From an uncultured Thermoplasmatales archaeon (GTDB lineage: Archaea; Thermoplasmatota; Thermoplasmata; Thermoplasmatales; GCA-001856825): a stretch of DNA of 64,000 nt. Under the pieces are notes generated by a model. It saw only the letters and a program-made list of their open reading frames with translations. It was not told where the DNA came from and did not search any database. Every line of letters begins with the position of its first letter. Within the stretch, counting starts at the first letter, position 1. Location: NCBI GenBank assembly GCA_964541025.1, contig CAZIOW010000001.1, forward strand, positions 1,242-65,241, written 5' to 3'. Both the position numbers and the translations under genes were made by a program. Below are positions 17,786 to 27,233 of the stretch, piece after piece.

Positions 17786-19762
17786 TCAGCTGTATTTGAC
17801 AACCATGTCTCTGAATATATCAGAAACGTCTTCGCACTTATCAGTTACTATCTCCATGTATTCATAAAGTTCCTTGTATTTTATTATTTCAATTGGATTC
17901 TCATAATTAAAAACTTGCGCAAGCGAGTGTGCCAACAAATCATCAGCATCATTCTCAAGCTCGTTTATCTTAACACATTCTTTTATAATTGAATCAAAAT
18001 CCCCCTCATCGAAATCTCCAAAGTATTTAAGGGCCTTATTGACCTCTTCAACCGAAGCCAATATAACGTCTGCAAAGCGTATCATTTCATCAGTTCTTTG
18101 TACTTTAAAAAGAACAATCCTCTTCGAAACCGCATTTATGAAATCGAGTATATCGTCATACTTCGTAGCTAACATACCAACATCTACCGATTCAAGCGGC
18201 TTATTCATATAATTTACTCTCGTGTATATCTTATGCACTATGGAATCAGCTTCATGTTCAATTTCCTTTATTTTTTGAGCCCTCTGTTCAAGATTATCAT
18301 ATTTTTCTACCATTTCCTTCAATTCCTTTGCAGCTTCCATTATTTTTGTACTTAATTCATCTAGAAACTTCGAGAATTCAAGGAAGAGCTTCGAAGATTC
18401 CTCCAATGTTAATCCCTTTGCCTCTATCCCGAGAACTAGAGTGAACATGAATCCAAGAAACATCACGGCTGCAATAACAAAGAATGTAAAGCTCCATCCA
18501 TATGCAAAAACAAGTACTGGGAAGAAAAATGTACCAAGAATTGCGCCTATCCTGCTAAATGCAGATGAAGTTCCCTGTGCGGTTGCTCTCAATCTAGTAG
18601 GAAAAATCTCGGTTGGTATCACCCAGGTTGTAACATTTGGCCCAGCATTCTCATAGAGCAGATACATTGCAAGCGCTGCCATCACTATTGCTAGACCATT
18701 ATAGTAATACAGGCCAAGGGCTACAAGCGATATTCCCATTCCTAAAAATCCAATTTCCTGCAGCTTAAGCCTGCCTATTCTCTCAATGATAAAGATTGCG
18801 AAGATGAATCCTATCAATATAAATATATCAAGTATGACCGTCCCAAGAATGGAATTTACCTTATCTATTATTGTAGTACCCCTGAACCCAATATTTTCAA
18901 GTATATATGGAATGGAAATTCCAACACCGTAGACCCCAATATCCATAAAAAACCAGGGGATCCATGCAAACAGGGTTCTTCTTCTGTACTTAGGGCCGAG
19001 AAGCTCTGAGATCTTTCCCTTTCTCTCAGGTTCCACGAGAGATAAATCCTGGGAATAATCTAGTCCATACTTATTCTTTATATCGGTAATTATTTTGTCA
19101 GCTTCTTCCCTCCTGCTATTACTCAAAAGCCACCTTGGCGATTCTGGCATAGTGTGCCTCAACAGGAGGACTATGAAGGCAGGAATTATTCCAGAGGCAA
19201 GCATTAACCTCCAAGATTCAACGCGATAACCAAATATATTGATAAATTCAAATCTTCCAAAACTAAATCCAATGATTGCGGCAAGAATTGAACCTATTCC
19301 CCAGAACATGAAAGTTGTTGTTACCAATTTTCCTCTAGATTTCTTTGGTGAAAACTCAGCAACATAAGTTGAGGAAACAGGGTAATCAGCACCTATTCCA
19401 ATCCCGAGGAAAAATCTAAACACAATTAGTTCGGTTATATTAGTCGCAAATGCTGTTAACAATCCAAAAAACACAAAGAAAACTAGGTCTATTACATACA
19501 GGGCTCTTCTACCTATTTTGTCTGCATAATTTCCAACAATCAGGGCACCAAGAAACATTCCAACTAATGCCGATGAATTCAAAAGACCCATCTGAATGCT
19601 CTTCATAGAAGAATTGGTTGCTAGCCATCCCTGTGATTCTATGAAAATAAGTGCAACAGATATAATGAACAGATCATAGCCATCAAGGAAAACTCCAGCA
19701 GATGATAGTGCAACAACCTTCCTTATAAATCTGTTCTGCCTCCTAGATAGGTCATCCATCAA
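17786..19762 (-). CDS. MFS transporter (sugar-porter/Pho84-like motifs) fused to a C-terminal DUF47 (PhoU-like phosphate-transport-regulator) domain
   Basis: MFS motifs: GNYADKIGRR, MPESPRWL and PTEIFPTRLRATAQG. The last 200 or so aa (nt ~17789-18397) match DUF47/TIGR00153: IKEIEHEADSIVHKI...INELENDADDLL...IKYKELYEYMEIVTDKCEDVSD. Confidence 0.85.
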   Translation of the reverse strand: MMDDLSRRQNRFIRKVVALSSAGVFLDGYDLFIISVALIFIESQGWLATNSSMKSIQMGLLNSSALVGMFLGALIVGNYADKIGRRALYVIDLVFFVFFGLLTAFATNITELIVFRFFLGIGIGADYPVSSTYVAEFSPKKSRGKLVTTTFMFWGIGSILAAIIGFSFGRFEFINIFGYRVESWRLMLASGIIPAFIVLLLRHTMPESPRWLLSNSRREEADKIITDIKNKYGLDYSQDLSLVEPERKGKISELLGPKYRRRTLFAWIPWFFMDIGVYGVGISIPYILENIGFRGTTIIDKVNSILGTVILDIFILIGFIFAIFIIERIGRLKLQEIGFLGMGISLVALGLYYYNGLAIVMAALAMYLLYENAGPNVTTWVIPTEIFPTRLRATAQGTSSAFSRIGAILGTFFFPVLVFAYGWSFTFFVIAAVMFLGFMFTLVLGIEAKGLTLEESSKLFLEFSKFLDELSTKIMEAAKELKEMVEKYDNLEQRAQKIKEIEHEADSIVHKIYTRVNYMNKPLESVDVGMLATKYDDILDFINAVSKRIVLFKVQRTDEMIRFADVILASVEEVNKALKYFGDFDEGDFDSIIKECVKINELENDADDLLAHSLAQVFNYENPIEIIKYKELYEYMEIVTDKCEDVSDIFRDMVVKYS

Positions 19763-19967
19763 TACCTGATATAATGATTATTTAATTATGTTTTCCAACT
19801 TTCGTCAATATTTTCTGATATGAATGTATATTAATTATAAATAATGCAAAAATTCTTAAAATTATTAATGAATGGAAGTACGATTACCTTCCATAGTTAA
19901 TATATGTAATAAGGAAGATGAAACATTATATCTAAGGAGCTATTGTCAAAATATCTAAATAGTTATA

Positions 19968-19983
19968 ATGAATATATATTCAT
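19968..19983. promoter_or_regulatory. 16-bp perfect palindrome upstream of the DUF5320/DUF134 pair
   Basis: ATGAATAT/ATATTCAT lies 19 nt before ATG 20002 and just 5' of the SD GAGGTGA (19991-19997). Because the sequence is AT-only, a chance occurrence is plausible. Confidence 0.3.
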
Positions 19984-20001
19984 AATAAAAGAGGTGAAAA
20001 A

Positions 20002-20310
20002 ATGCCATATGGAGATGGAACAGGTCCTATGGGCTTCGGCCCTAGGGGAGGAAGAAGAGGCGGATACTGTGGTGGCTATCATGTGCCCGGATTTATGAAC
20101 AATACAATTCCAAGAAGGGGAATGGGCTATGGAATAAGAGGACCATACTGGGGGAGATTCTATGGTCCTATTCCTCATTATGAATATGATAGCAATACAG
20201 ACTACAGAGAATTTAATAAGGAAGAACAAAAGAAAATTCTGGAGGCAGAGCTCAAGGACCTTGAGATTGAAAAGGAAAATATAGAAAAAAGGCTTAAAGA
20301 ACTTGAGTGA
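20002..20310 (+). CDS. DUF5320-family protein
   Basis: N-terminus MPYGDGTGPMGFGPRGGRRGG is typical of DUF5320. It has a C-terminal coiled coil and the usual DUF134 neighbour. Confidence 0.75.
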   Translation: MPYGDGTGPMGFGPRGGRRGGYCGGYHVPGFMNNTIPRRGMGYGIRGPYWGRFYGPIPHYEYDSNTDYREFNKEEQKKILEAELKDLEIEKENIEKRLKELE

Positions 20311-20316
20311 CCTGAA

Positions 20317-20790
20317 TTGCCAAGACCAAGAATGATGCGGAGGGTTAGAAGAATGCCCTCCGTTAATTATTTTATGCCAGTCCTAGAAGATGACAGAAAT
20401 CCACCTGAGGTCATTATATCAGTCGATGAGTATGAATCCTTAAGACTAAAGGATCTCATGGGTTTAGAACAGACCGAGGCGGCGGTTATGATGGGTATTT
20501 CTCAGGCAACATTCAACAGACTGCTTACTTCCGCTAGGAAGAAGGTTTCAGAGGCAATCATAAACGGTAAAGCATTAAGGATTGAAGGTGGAAATTACAG
20601 GACATTTGATCAGTTCAGAAATCACCGTCATAATCATCACGGAATAGAAAAAATTATGGCATCTGCCCCTAAAAATTTATGCGTTTGCAAGGAATGCGGT
20701 TATTCATTAGAAAATAGAGAGGAAATAGATTGCAATGAATTGAAATGTCCAGTTTGTGGACACAATATGGAAAAATTAGAAAGAATTTAA
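20317..20790 (+). CDS. DUF134 (UPF0251) predicted DNA-binding protein with C-terminal zinc ribbon
   Basis: A TTG start gives the canonical MPRPR N-terminus. DEYESLRLKDLMGLEQTEAAVMMGISQATFNRLLTSARKKV is a sigma-70 region-4-like HTH. C-terminal CKEC...CPVC. Confidence 0.8.
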   Translation: MPRPRMMRRVRRMPSVNYFMPVLEDDRNPPEVIISVDEYESLRLKDLMGLEQTEAAVMMGISQATFNRLLTSARKKVSEAIINGKALRIEGGNYRTFDQFRNHRHNHHGIEKIMASAPKNLCVCKECGYSLENREEIDCNELKCPVCGHNMEKLERI

Positions 20791-21383
20791 TCGTTGGAGA
20801 TGATTAATTTTCCGTACATACCTTCCTGTGCGTGCCCGGGATATGTGCACAAATACCAAAATTCTCCAGGATTTTGGGCCTTAAATATCACCGTTTCCGA
20901 AGGATATTTATCTCCACCGTTATATGGTTGAAGATAAGGTGTGTTCAGAGTAAAATGTGTCACGTTGTACATCATATTCCCGCCCATAATAATATAAGGG
21001 TAAGGCGGAGGAAAATTGGTTATGGCAAAATTATGCTCCATATCATCCATATTAACTATTATGAATCTTATAGAAATCCCTGATTTTATAATGAGAGTAG
21101 GATTCACAAGTTCATCTATGACAAAATATTCCTCTGGTGAAGAATTCATGCTTCCCATAGATGGGGACTGCTCTATCAGAATGACTGAACTGTTGTTTAT
21201 GTAAATGATACCTGAATTAGTCTTTGATAATTCGTCAATATTCTCTGCCTGTATTTCTGATAATGTTTGTTTGCTTATACCTGAGGCATCATTAAAATTA
21301 TCAGCATATAAGAATGAAAGCGAAACTAAAATAAATACTATCAAAATAGATAAAATTAAAAGGAACATATTGTAAATCCTCAT
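20787..21383 (-). CDS. membrane-anchored type-1 (blue) copper protein, rusticyanin/sulfocyanin-like cupredoxin
   Basis: N-terminal TM segment. Copper-ligand candidates are His117 (MEHNF) and Cys179-x4-His184-x4-Met189 in WYLCTYPGHAQEGMYGKLII, which is close to the rusticyanin C-terminus CQIPGHAATGMFGKIVV. Confidence 0.8.
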   Translation of the reverse strand: MRIYNMFLLILSILIVFILVSLSFLYADNFNDASGISKQTLSEIQAENIDELSKTNSGIIYINNSSVILIEQSPSMGSMNSSPEEYFVIDELVNPTLIIKSGISIRFIIVNMDDMEHNFAITNFPPPYPYIIMGGNMMYNVTHFTLNTPYLQPYNGGDKYPSETVIFKAQNPGEFWYLCTYPGHAQEGMYGKLIISND

Positions 21384-21387
21384 AATT

Positions 21388-21753
21388 TCACCTTTTCATT
21401 ATCTCTTCTTTCATTTTTTGGTATTGTTCAGAAGTTATCTCACCTTTGGCATATCTAGTATTCAGCACATCCAGCGCACTATCTTTCTCTGTATAATCAT
21501 AGTATGCTCCTGAGTAATGATGAGTAGTGGCTGATATAATCCAGTATATGAAAAGGAAGAATAATACCAGAGGTATTATCATGAATATTCCTCCGAAGAA
21601 CCACATTCCTGGAACCGCTCCCATCATCCCATACCCATATACAGGATATCTGGCAGAAAAAACAATTCCCATTGTGATCGCTGCAATTAGGATCACCATT
21701 ATGATGACAAAGAATATCCAGAAGATATTCACAATACTGTTTCTGTTTTTCAT
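21388..21753 (-). CDS. membrane protein with C-terminal SHOCT domain
   Basis: Two or three TM segments, then ALDVLNTRYAKGEITSEQYQKMKEEI (SHOCT motif). It ends 4 nt upstream of the cupredoxin gene. Confidence 0.75.
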   Translation of the reverse strand: MKNRNSIVNIFWIFFVIIMVILIAAITMGIVFSARYPVYGYGMMGAVPGMWFFGGIFMIIPLVLFFLFIYWIISATTHHYSGAYYDYTEKDSALDVLNTRYAKGEITSEQYQKMKEEIMKR

Positions 21754-21828
21754 ATTTTCACCTAATAACTATTATTGTGAAATGGTTCATAAACTTTGAA
21801 TGAAAAGTGATGCAAAGACTTGAAATGA

Positions 21829-22392
21829 TCATCTTGAAACCCGTTTCAGGATTATCTTATTTGTAGATCCGTGCCTGATTTTTTCCACAATCCCCTTTTT
21901 CTCAAGTCTATCAATTATCCTTGAAATAGTTGCCTTTGAAAGACCGTCTAGCCCTACCAGGTCCTTTTGCAAAAGGGAGCCTCCTGAATCTATGAGCAAA
22001 AGATAAATTCTCTTCTCCCCCTCATCGAGAAATTTAACAATTTCTGCATTGGGATTCATAAGAACGTCCGTCTTGTTCTGGACTTCCATGTGTTTATTAT
22101 TCTTAAGCTCCGCGGATAGTTTTTTAATATTATTATTTATGTATAAAAATGTTAATATTATGACGAGAATAGAAATGAAAATTCCCATGACTAAAAGATC
22201 ATCCGTCGCTGATTTAAAATAGAATATCGAAAGTGCATTAATCTTGTATATTATTGGAATCACTACCAGAAGTATGATAATTAATATTATTGTTGACAGG
22301 GAGACAATGGCTCCAAATATTATATTCAACAGTATAAAATACAATTTATTGTCATTTGTATTATCTATACGGTTTCTCCTATTAAATATCAT
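21829..22392 (-). CDS. membrane-tethered winged-helix (MarR/PadR-like) transcriptional regulator
   Basis: Three N-terminal hydrophobic segments. The C-terminal IYLLLIDSGGSLLQKDLVGLDGLSKATISRIIDRLEKKGIVEK is a wHTH. The track start 22473 is TTG. ATG 22392 fits a TATA-like AATATTTATATT at 22421-22432; ATG 22410 is also possible. Confidence 0.7.
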   Translation of the reverse strand: MIFNRRNRIDNTNDNKLYFILLNIIFGAIVSLSTIILIIILLVVIPIIYKINALSIFYFKSATDDLLVMGIFISILVIILTFLYINNNIKKLSAELKNNKHMEVQNKTDVLMNPNAEIVKFLDEGEKRIYLLLIDSGGSLLQKDLVGLDGLSKATISRIIDRLEKKGIVEKIRHGSTNKIILKRVSR

Positions 22393-22586
22393 ATATCCTT
22401 TGGTGTTCATTGATTTGCAAAATATAAATATTGTCAGGTTAGAAATGAATAAAGTTTGAATTGACTTGAACAAGGGTGAGGTATTAAATTTATCATTTGA
22501 TTATTATATCCCTGCCGTTTTGTGCATAAAATTTTAAATAAAACATTGGAAAAATAATAATAACATGCCTCAATATATTTCCTAAC

Positions 22587-24404
22587 ATGACAAATAAGAC
22601 CAATCCTCTCATCACAAAAATACGAAATTACATAAATTCAACATATATGGGCAAGTGGGCTTTAGTAGGAATTTTAATAGGAATTGTTGCAGGTCTTGGT
22701 GCAACGATATTCTATTTCTCCATCCAATATGTCACAAATTATATGTTAGGGGGAATTACCGGCTTCATACCTCCAAATCCTGCTGGTGATTTACCGGTTA
22801 TAACAAAATTGAATCCAAGATATTTTTTAATTCCATTGTCCACAACGGTTGGTGGTTTGATTGCAGGGTTAATAATATTTTTCTTTGCACCAGAAGCTGA
22901 AGGCCACGGCACGGATGCCGCTATAGATGCATTTCACAATAAGAATGGAATCATAAGGAAGAGGGTGCCTCTTGTCAAAATGGTTGCCTCTGCAATAACG
23001 ATAGGCTCAGGGGGGAGTGCCGGAAGGGAAGGGCCAACAGCACAGATTGCCGCAGGGTTCGGTTCACTAGTCGGGTCTATACTTGGTCTTTCAGCCAAGG
23101 ACAGAAGGATTGCGGTTGCAACAGGAATAGGCGCAGGAATAGGCGCCATATTCAAATCACCTTTCGGGGGAGCGATACTCAGCGCAGAAATTCTGTACAG
23201 TGCAGGGGATATGGAGGTTGAAGCACTTATACCATCATTTATAGCATCCCCCCTTGGTTATGTAATATTTGCTTCATTCACTAATTATGAACCAATATTT
23301 GGCAATTCATTCATATACAGCTTCAATCATCCATTTAATTTGATAATATTCGCCCTTCTTGGACTGGTGGCGGGACTTGTTGGAAAATTTTATACAACAA
23401 CATTTTACTGGGTCAGGGACAGATTTTCCAAGTTAAAAATACCAAAATATACCAAACCTGCGCTCGGTGGGTTCATAATGGGTATAATAGCAATCTTCTT
23501 TCCAGAAGTCACCGGGATGGGTTACGGATACCTGCAATTTCTAATTGATGGAAAATTATCACTCATCCAGAGTCAGTATATCGCAATGCCCCTCGTGCTG
23601 ACAATACTTATGATTATAATGGCTAAAATAATATCAACTTCCTTGACCATAGGATCTGGAGGTAGCGGAGGCGTTTTTGCTCCTTCGTTGGTCATAGGGG
23701 GATTTCTTGGTGCTTTGTTATGGATAATGGTTCATTATGTCTCACCCAATCTACCTCTGGAACTCGCTCCAATGGTGATCATAGGAATGATGGCTTTATT
23801 CGCAGGTGTTGGGAGAGTCCCAATAGCAGTAATACTAATGGTTAGTGAAATGACAGGTTCAATATCAGTCATAATACCATCCATGGTTGCTGTTGTAATT
23901 TCATACTATGTGGTAGGTCCAAAATATACAATATATAAGAGCCAGTTAAGGACCAGGGCAGACTCTCCAGCCCATAGAGGTGAGTACAGTATTCCCTTAC
24001 TTGACAGGATAAAGGTCAGAGAAGCAATGACTACAAATCCGGTAAGTATATCATCATCTGAAAATATTTATGAGGCTTTATCCGTAATAAGCAAGAATGG
24101 GTTCAAGGCTCTTCCAGTGATGAGAGATAATGAATTGATAGGCATAGTCACCAAGAGTGACCTGATGAATGTGCCCATAGAGTCATATAGGATAACTCCA
24201 ATCTCAAAGGTTATGACAAAAAATGTAATCACTACTACCCCTGATGAAAATCTCCACCAGGTTCTCAAAAAAATGTCTCTGAATCAGGTAGGAAGATTGC
24301 CAGTGGTAGATGAGTCAGGCGCTCTTGTAGGTATAATAACCAGAAGCGATCTCTATAGATCATATGAAAAATACTCTGGAGTCCTTGAAAATCTGGAAAA
24401 TTAA
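22587..24404 (+). CDS. ClC-family chloride channel / H+-Cl- antiporter with tandem C-terminal CBS domains
   Basis: GSGGSAGREGP (includes the gating Glu) and GGVFAPS. The C-terminus has two CBS-like repeats (LPVMRDNELIGIVTKSDL and LPVVDESGALVGIITRSDL). Confidence 0.9.
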   Translation: MTNKTNPLITKIRNYINSTYMGKWALVGILIGIVAGLGATIFYFSIQYVTNYMLGGITGFIPPNPAGDLPVITKLNPRYFLIPLSTTVGGLIAGLIIFFFAPEAEGHGTDAAIDAFHNKNGIIRKRVPLVKMVASAITIGSGGSAGREGPTAQIAAGFGSLVGSILGLSAKDRRIAVATGIGAGIGAIFKSPFGGAILSAEILYSAGDMEVEALIPSFIASPLGYVIFASFTNYEPIFGNSFIYSFNHPFNLIIFALLGLVAGLVGKFYTTTFYWVRDRFSKLKIPKYTKPALGGFIMGIIAIFFPEVTGMGYGYLQFLIDGKLSLIQSQYIAMPLVLTILMIIMAKIISTSLTIGSGGSGGVFAPSLVIGGFLGALLWIMVHYVSPNLPLELAPMVIIGMMALFAGVGRVPIAVILMVSEMTGSISVIIPSMVAVVISYYVVGPKYTIYKSQLRTRADSPAHRGEYSIPLLDRIKVREAMTTNPVSISSSENIYEALSVISKNGFKALPVMRDNELIGIVTKSDLMNVPIESYRITPISKVMTKNVITTTPDENLHQVLKKMSLNQVGRLPVVDESGALVGIITRSDLYRSYEKYSGVLENLEN

Positions 24405-24431
24405 TTAATATCAATTTAACTATACTAAACT

Positions 24432-24869
24432 ATGATTGATATAAGTGAGAAGGAGGATACGCAGAGAGTAGCGACAGCATATGGAGAAATTGTACTTAAA
24501 AAAGACACTCTAATAGCCATAGAGGAGAAAACGGTTAAGAAGGGAGATGTTATAGAAGTCTCAAAAATAAGCGGAATAAGCGCTGCAAAATCAACATTTT
24601 TAAATATACCTCATTGTCACCCTATCCCTATAAGTTACGTCGATCCTACGATAGAATTGAAAAAGGACAGAATAGCGGTGAAATGCACAGTCAAGGCTTT
24701 TTACAAGACGGGAGTTGAGATGGAAGCTCTGTCCTGTGCAACCTCAATGCTTTTGACAATATGGGACATGGTAAAATATCTCGAAAAGGACAGCGATGGA
24801 AACTATAGGGACACGAGAATAACAAATATAAAGGTCATAGAGAAATGGAAGGGAAAAAATGGTGCATAA
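24432..24869 (+). CDS. moaC: cyclic pyranopterin monophosphate synthase MoaC
   Basis: IDISEKEDTQRVATA N-terminus, IPHCHPIPI and GVEMEAL motifs. Confidence 0.9.
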   Translation: MIDISEKEDTQRVATAYGEIVLKKDTLIAIEEKTVKKGDVIEVSKISGISAAKSTFLNIPHCHPIPISYVDPTIELKKDRIAVKCTVKAFYKTGVEMEALSCATSMLLTIWDMVKYLEKDSDGNYRDTRITNIKVIEKWKGKNGA

Positions 24870-25332
24870 AGACGAAAGAAGATACGACCTTAGTATACTT
24901 ATAATCACAGTATCATCAACAAGAACTATTGAGAATGATGAAACTGGAAAGAAACTGGAAAATTTCTTTGAAAAGGAGGGATACAAAGTTTCAAGAAGAA
25001 TCTGTGTTGACAGTCAGTCGGAAATACTCAAATCAATTTTATGTAACTATGATAACGATGTATTCATCTTAAATGGGGGAACAGGTGCCAGCAGATTGGA
25101 TTTAACTGTTCAGACAATTGAGAAGATAGCTGAAAAGGAGATCAGGGGATTTGGTGAAATGTTCAGGGCCAGGTCAGGTGGGATTCTACCATACATTTCA
25201 AACGCATCTCTCTTCATAAGGGAAAGGAAACAAATATTCTGCATTCCAGGGTCGCCAGAGGCCGCAGAACTAGCCTATGAAATTGTGTCTGGTATGATGA
25301 ATCATCTGTACACTGAGCTTAATAAAGAATGA
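24859..25332 (+). CDS. moaB: molybdenum cofactor biosynthesis protein MoaB/Mog family
   Basis: ILNGGTGASRLDLT and PGSPEAA motifs. Overlaps moaC by 11 nt. Confidence 0.85.
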   Translation: MVHKDERRYDLSILIITVSSTRTIENDETGKKLENFFEKEGYKVSRRICVDSQSEILKSILCNYDNDVFILNGGTGASRLDLTVQTIEKIAEKEIRGFGEMFRARSGGILPYISNASLFIRERKQIFCIPGSPEAAELAYEIVSGMMNHLYTELNKE

Positions 25333-25339
25333 TAGAAAA

Positions 25340-27232
25340 TCAAACCAATCTCTCTCCAATATCTTCCTCTATTATATAGCCAGGAAAATTATTTTTAATT
25401 TCCTTAGTCTTTTTGAGGTTTTCAATGAATATTCTCCCCTGCTCTGAATCGTAAAAATTCTTAGACATCAAAATATCGTAATTCTCATCCCTGACTTTGT
25501 GAAATCTGAGATTCAATACTGATGCATAATACTTTATTGATATTCCAGCGTCAGCCCTTCCCTGTTTGACAGCCCTTGAAACAGCTCCATGACTCTTTGC
25601 CTCCCAGAAATACCCCCTGATTTTCTCTTTCTGAAAGTTATCTCCGAGTTCTTCTTTCATTAGATCATCTATCAGAACCCTTGTGCCAGAACCCCTATTT
25701 CTGTTTACGAAAAGAAGGTTTCCATCAACTATTTCTCTGAAGGAATTTATACCTTCTAAAGAAACGAACCCCTGTTCCCTGGAGAATCCTCTCACAAGAA
25801 CGGACTTCTTTCTCATAGCATCGTCCATCACAAATTTATTGTATGCCCCGTCCTTCATAAGATGTATTCCCCCCAAGTCAGATTCTCCAATCCTCATTGC
25901 TTCCACAGCTCCCAGAGAACCTGCATTTATTATAGCTGGCTGTGAGAATGTGTTGAACAGGACCCTTTCCAGAAGAGGGTCATTGCTTCCTATGCAAAGG
26001 ACATCCTTTTCCCTTTTCTTAAGAGGGAAGAAATCTACTTCTTCATTTTCATCATAGAAATTCTTGTCCTTTGATAGTATAATTATACCGTCTGAATAAG
26101 CCATCCGGCTTATTGATCCGGAATCCCCGAAAATCGGGTACACCCTGTTATTCCTGCTGATTATTCCAGGCAATAAATGATCCTTCCCTTTCTCACCATT
26201 TATCCTGAAAGGTATCCTCATTTTCTGCACACTGGAATTTTTTACACCATAAGCCTCTGCAATTCCTGGGATAACTATATAATTGAGCACTGCTGCCGAA
26301 GAGAGGGGGAAACCGGGCATTCCTATGAATAATGATCCATTAACTCTAGCTAGGAATGTAGGCTTCCCGGGCTTTATGGAAATTCCATGGAATAGCATCT
26401 CCCCATTCAAAGAATCAACAACCTCATATAGCATATCGTGGAAACCAGCGGAGGTCGAACCAGATGACATTAAGACATCATATTTCCTGACAAGTGATTC
26501 CACAGTTTTAATCGCAAGGTCCTTATCATCCTTAACTACACCTATGAATTCTGCATCCACCAGCCCAGTGTTATTAAGGGCAGAAATAAAATACGGTGAA
26601 TTAATATCATAGATCTCCCCATCATTCAAAGGTTCACCCGCTTCCCTTATTTCATTTCCGCTTGAGAATATGGCCATTCTTATCTTTCTATACACCTCTA
26701 CATCATATCTTCCAGCAGCTGAAAGCAGCGCTACCATCTCAGGATCAACAATGGTTCCGGGATGCGCAAGAACCTCTCCGAACGAGAAATCAGATCCCGC
26801 ATGAGAGATGTTTTCACCAGGGGAAACAGACCTGTAAAATTTTACCAGATCGCCCTCCCTGGATGTATTTTCAATCATCGCAACTGAATCTGCTCCTCTA
26901 GGCAATACGGCTCCAGTAGGTATGTACAATGCTTCACCAGGAAATATTTCAGTATCACTGCTTTTTCCAATCTCTATTTCCCCTTTGAGTTTAAGAGTGA
27001 CAGGGTTGTCTTCTTCGGCACCTTCAAGAGAACGGTGTATGACAGCATACCCATCAACCTCCGATCTATCAAATGGAGGTATATCTATTTCAGAGGCTAT
27101 CTCTTCTGAAATAACCTGATTAAGGGCATATTTTAGTGGTACTCTGACAGAGGTAATTCTTTCACGTAAAAGTGAGGATAGTATGTATCTAGCGTCTTCG
27201 GCTGTAACAAGCCTGTGGAAAATTTTTGTCAT
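25340..27232 (-). CDS. moeA: molybdopterin molybdotransferase MoeA fused to a C-terminal periplasmic-binding-protein-like domain
   Basis: MoeA N-terminal, MoCF and C-terminal regions (PPFDRSEVDGYAV, SSGSTSAG, IKPGKPT), plus about 230 extra C-terminal residues. This is the known archaeal MoeA-PBP architecture. Confidence 0.85.
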   Translation of the reverse strand: MTKIFHRLVTAEDARYILSSLLRERITSVRVPLKYALNQVISEEIASEIDIPPFDRSEVDGYAVIHRSLEGAEEDNPVTLKLKGEIEIGKSSDTEIFPGEALYIPTGAVLPRGADSVAMIENTSREGDLVKFYRSVSPGENISHAGSDFSFGEVLAHPGTIVDPEMVALLSAAGRYDVEVYRKIRMAIFSSGNEIREAGEPLNDGEIYDINSPYFISALNNTGLVDAEFIGVVKDDKDLAIKTVESLVRKYDVLMSSGSTSAGFHDMLYEVVDSLNGEMLFHGISIKPGKPTFLARVNGSLFIGMPGFPLSSAAVLNYIVIPGIAEAYGVKNSSVQKMRIPFRINGEKGKDHLLPGIISRNNRVYPIFGDSGSISRMAYSDGIIILSKDKNFYDENEEVDFFPLKKREKDVLCIGSNDPLLERVLFNTFSQPAIINAGSLGAVEAMRIGESDLGGIHLMKDGAYNKFVMDDAMRKKSVLVRGFSREQGFVSLEGINSFREIVDGNLLFVNRNRGSGTRVLIDDLMKEELGDNFQKEKIRGYFWEAKSHGAVSRAVKQGRADAGISIKYYASVLNLRFHKVRDENYDILMSKNFYDSEQGRIFIENLKKTKEIKNNFPGYIIEEDIGERLV

Positions 27233-27233
27233 A

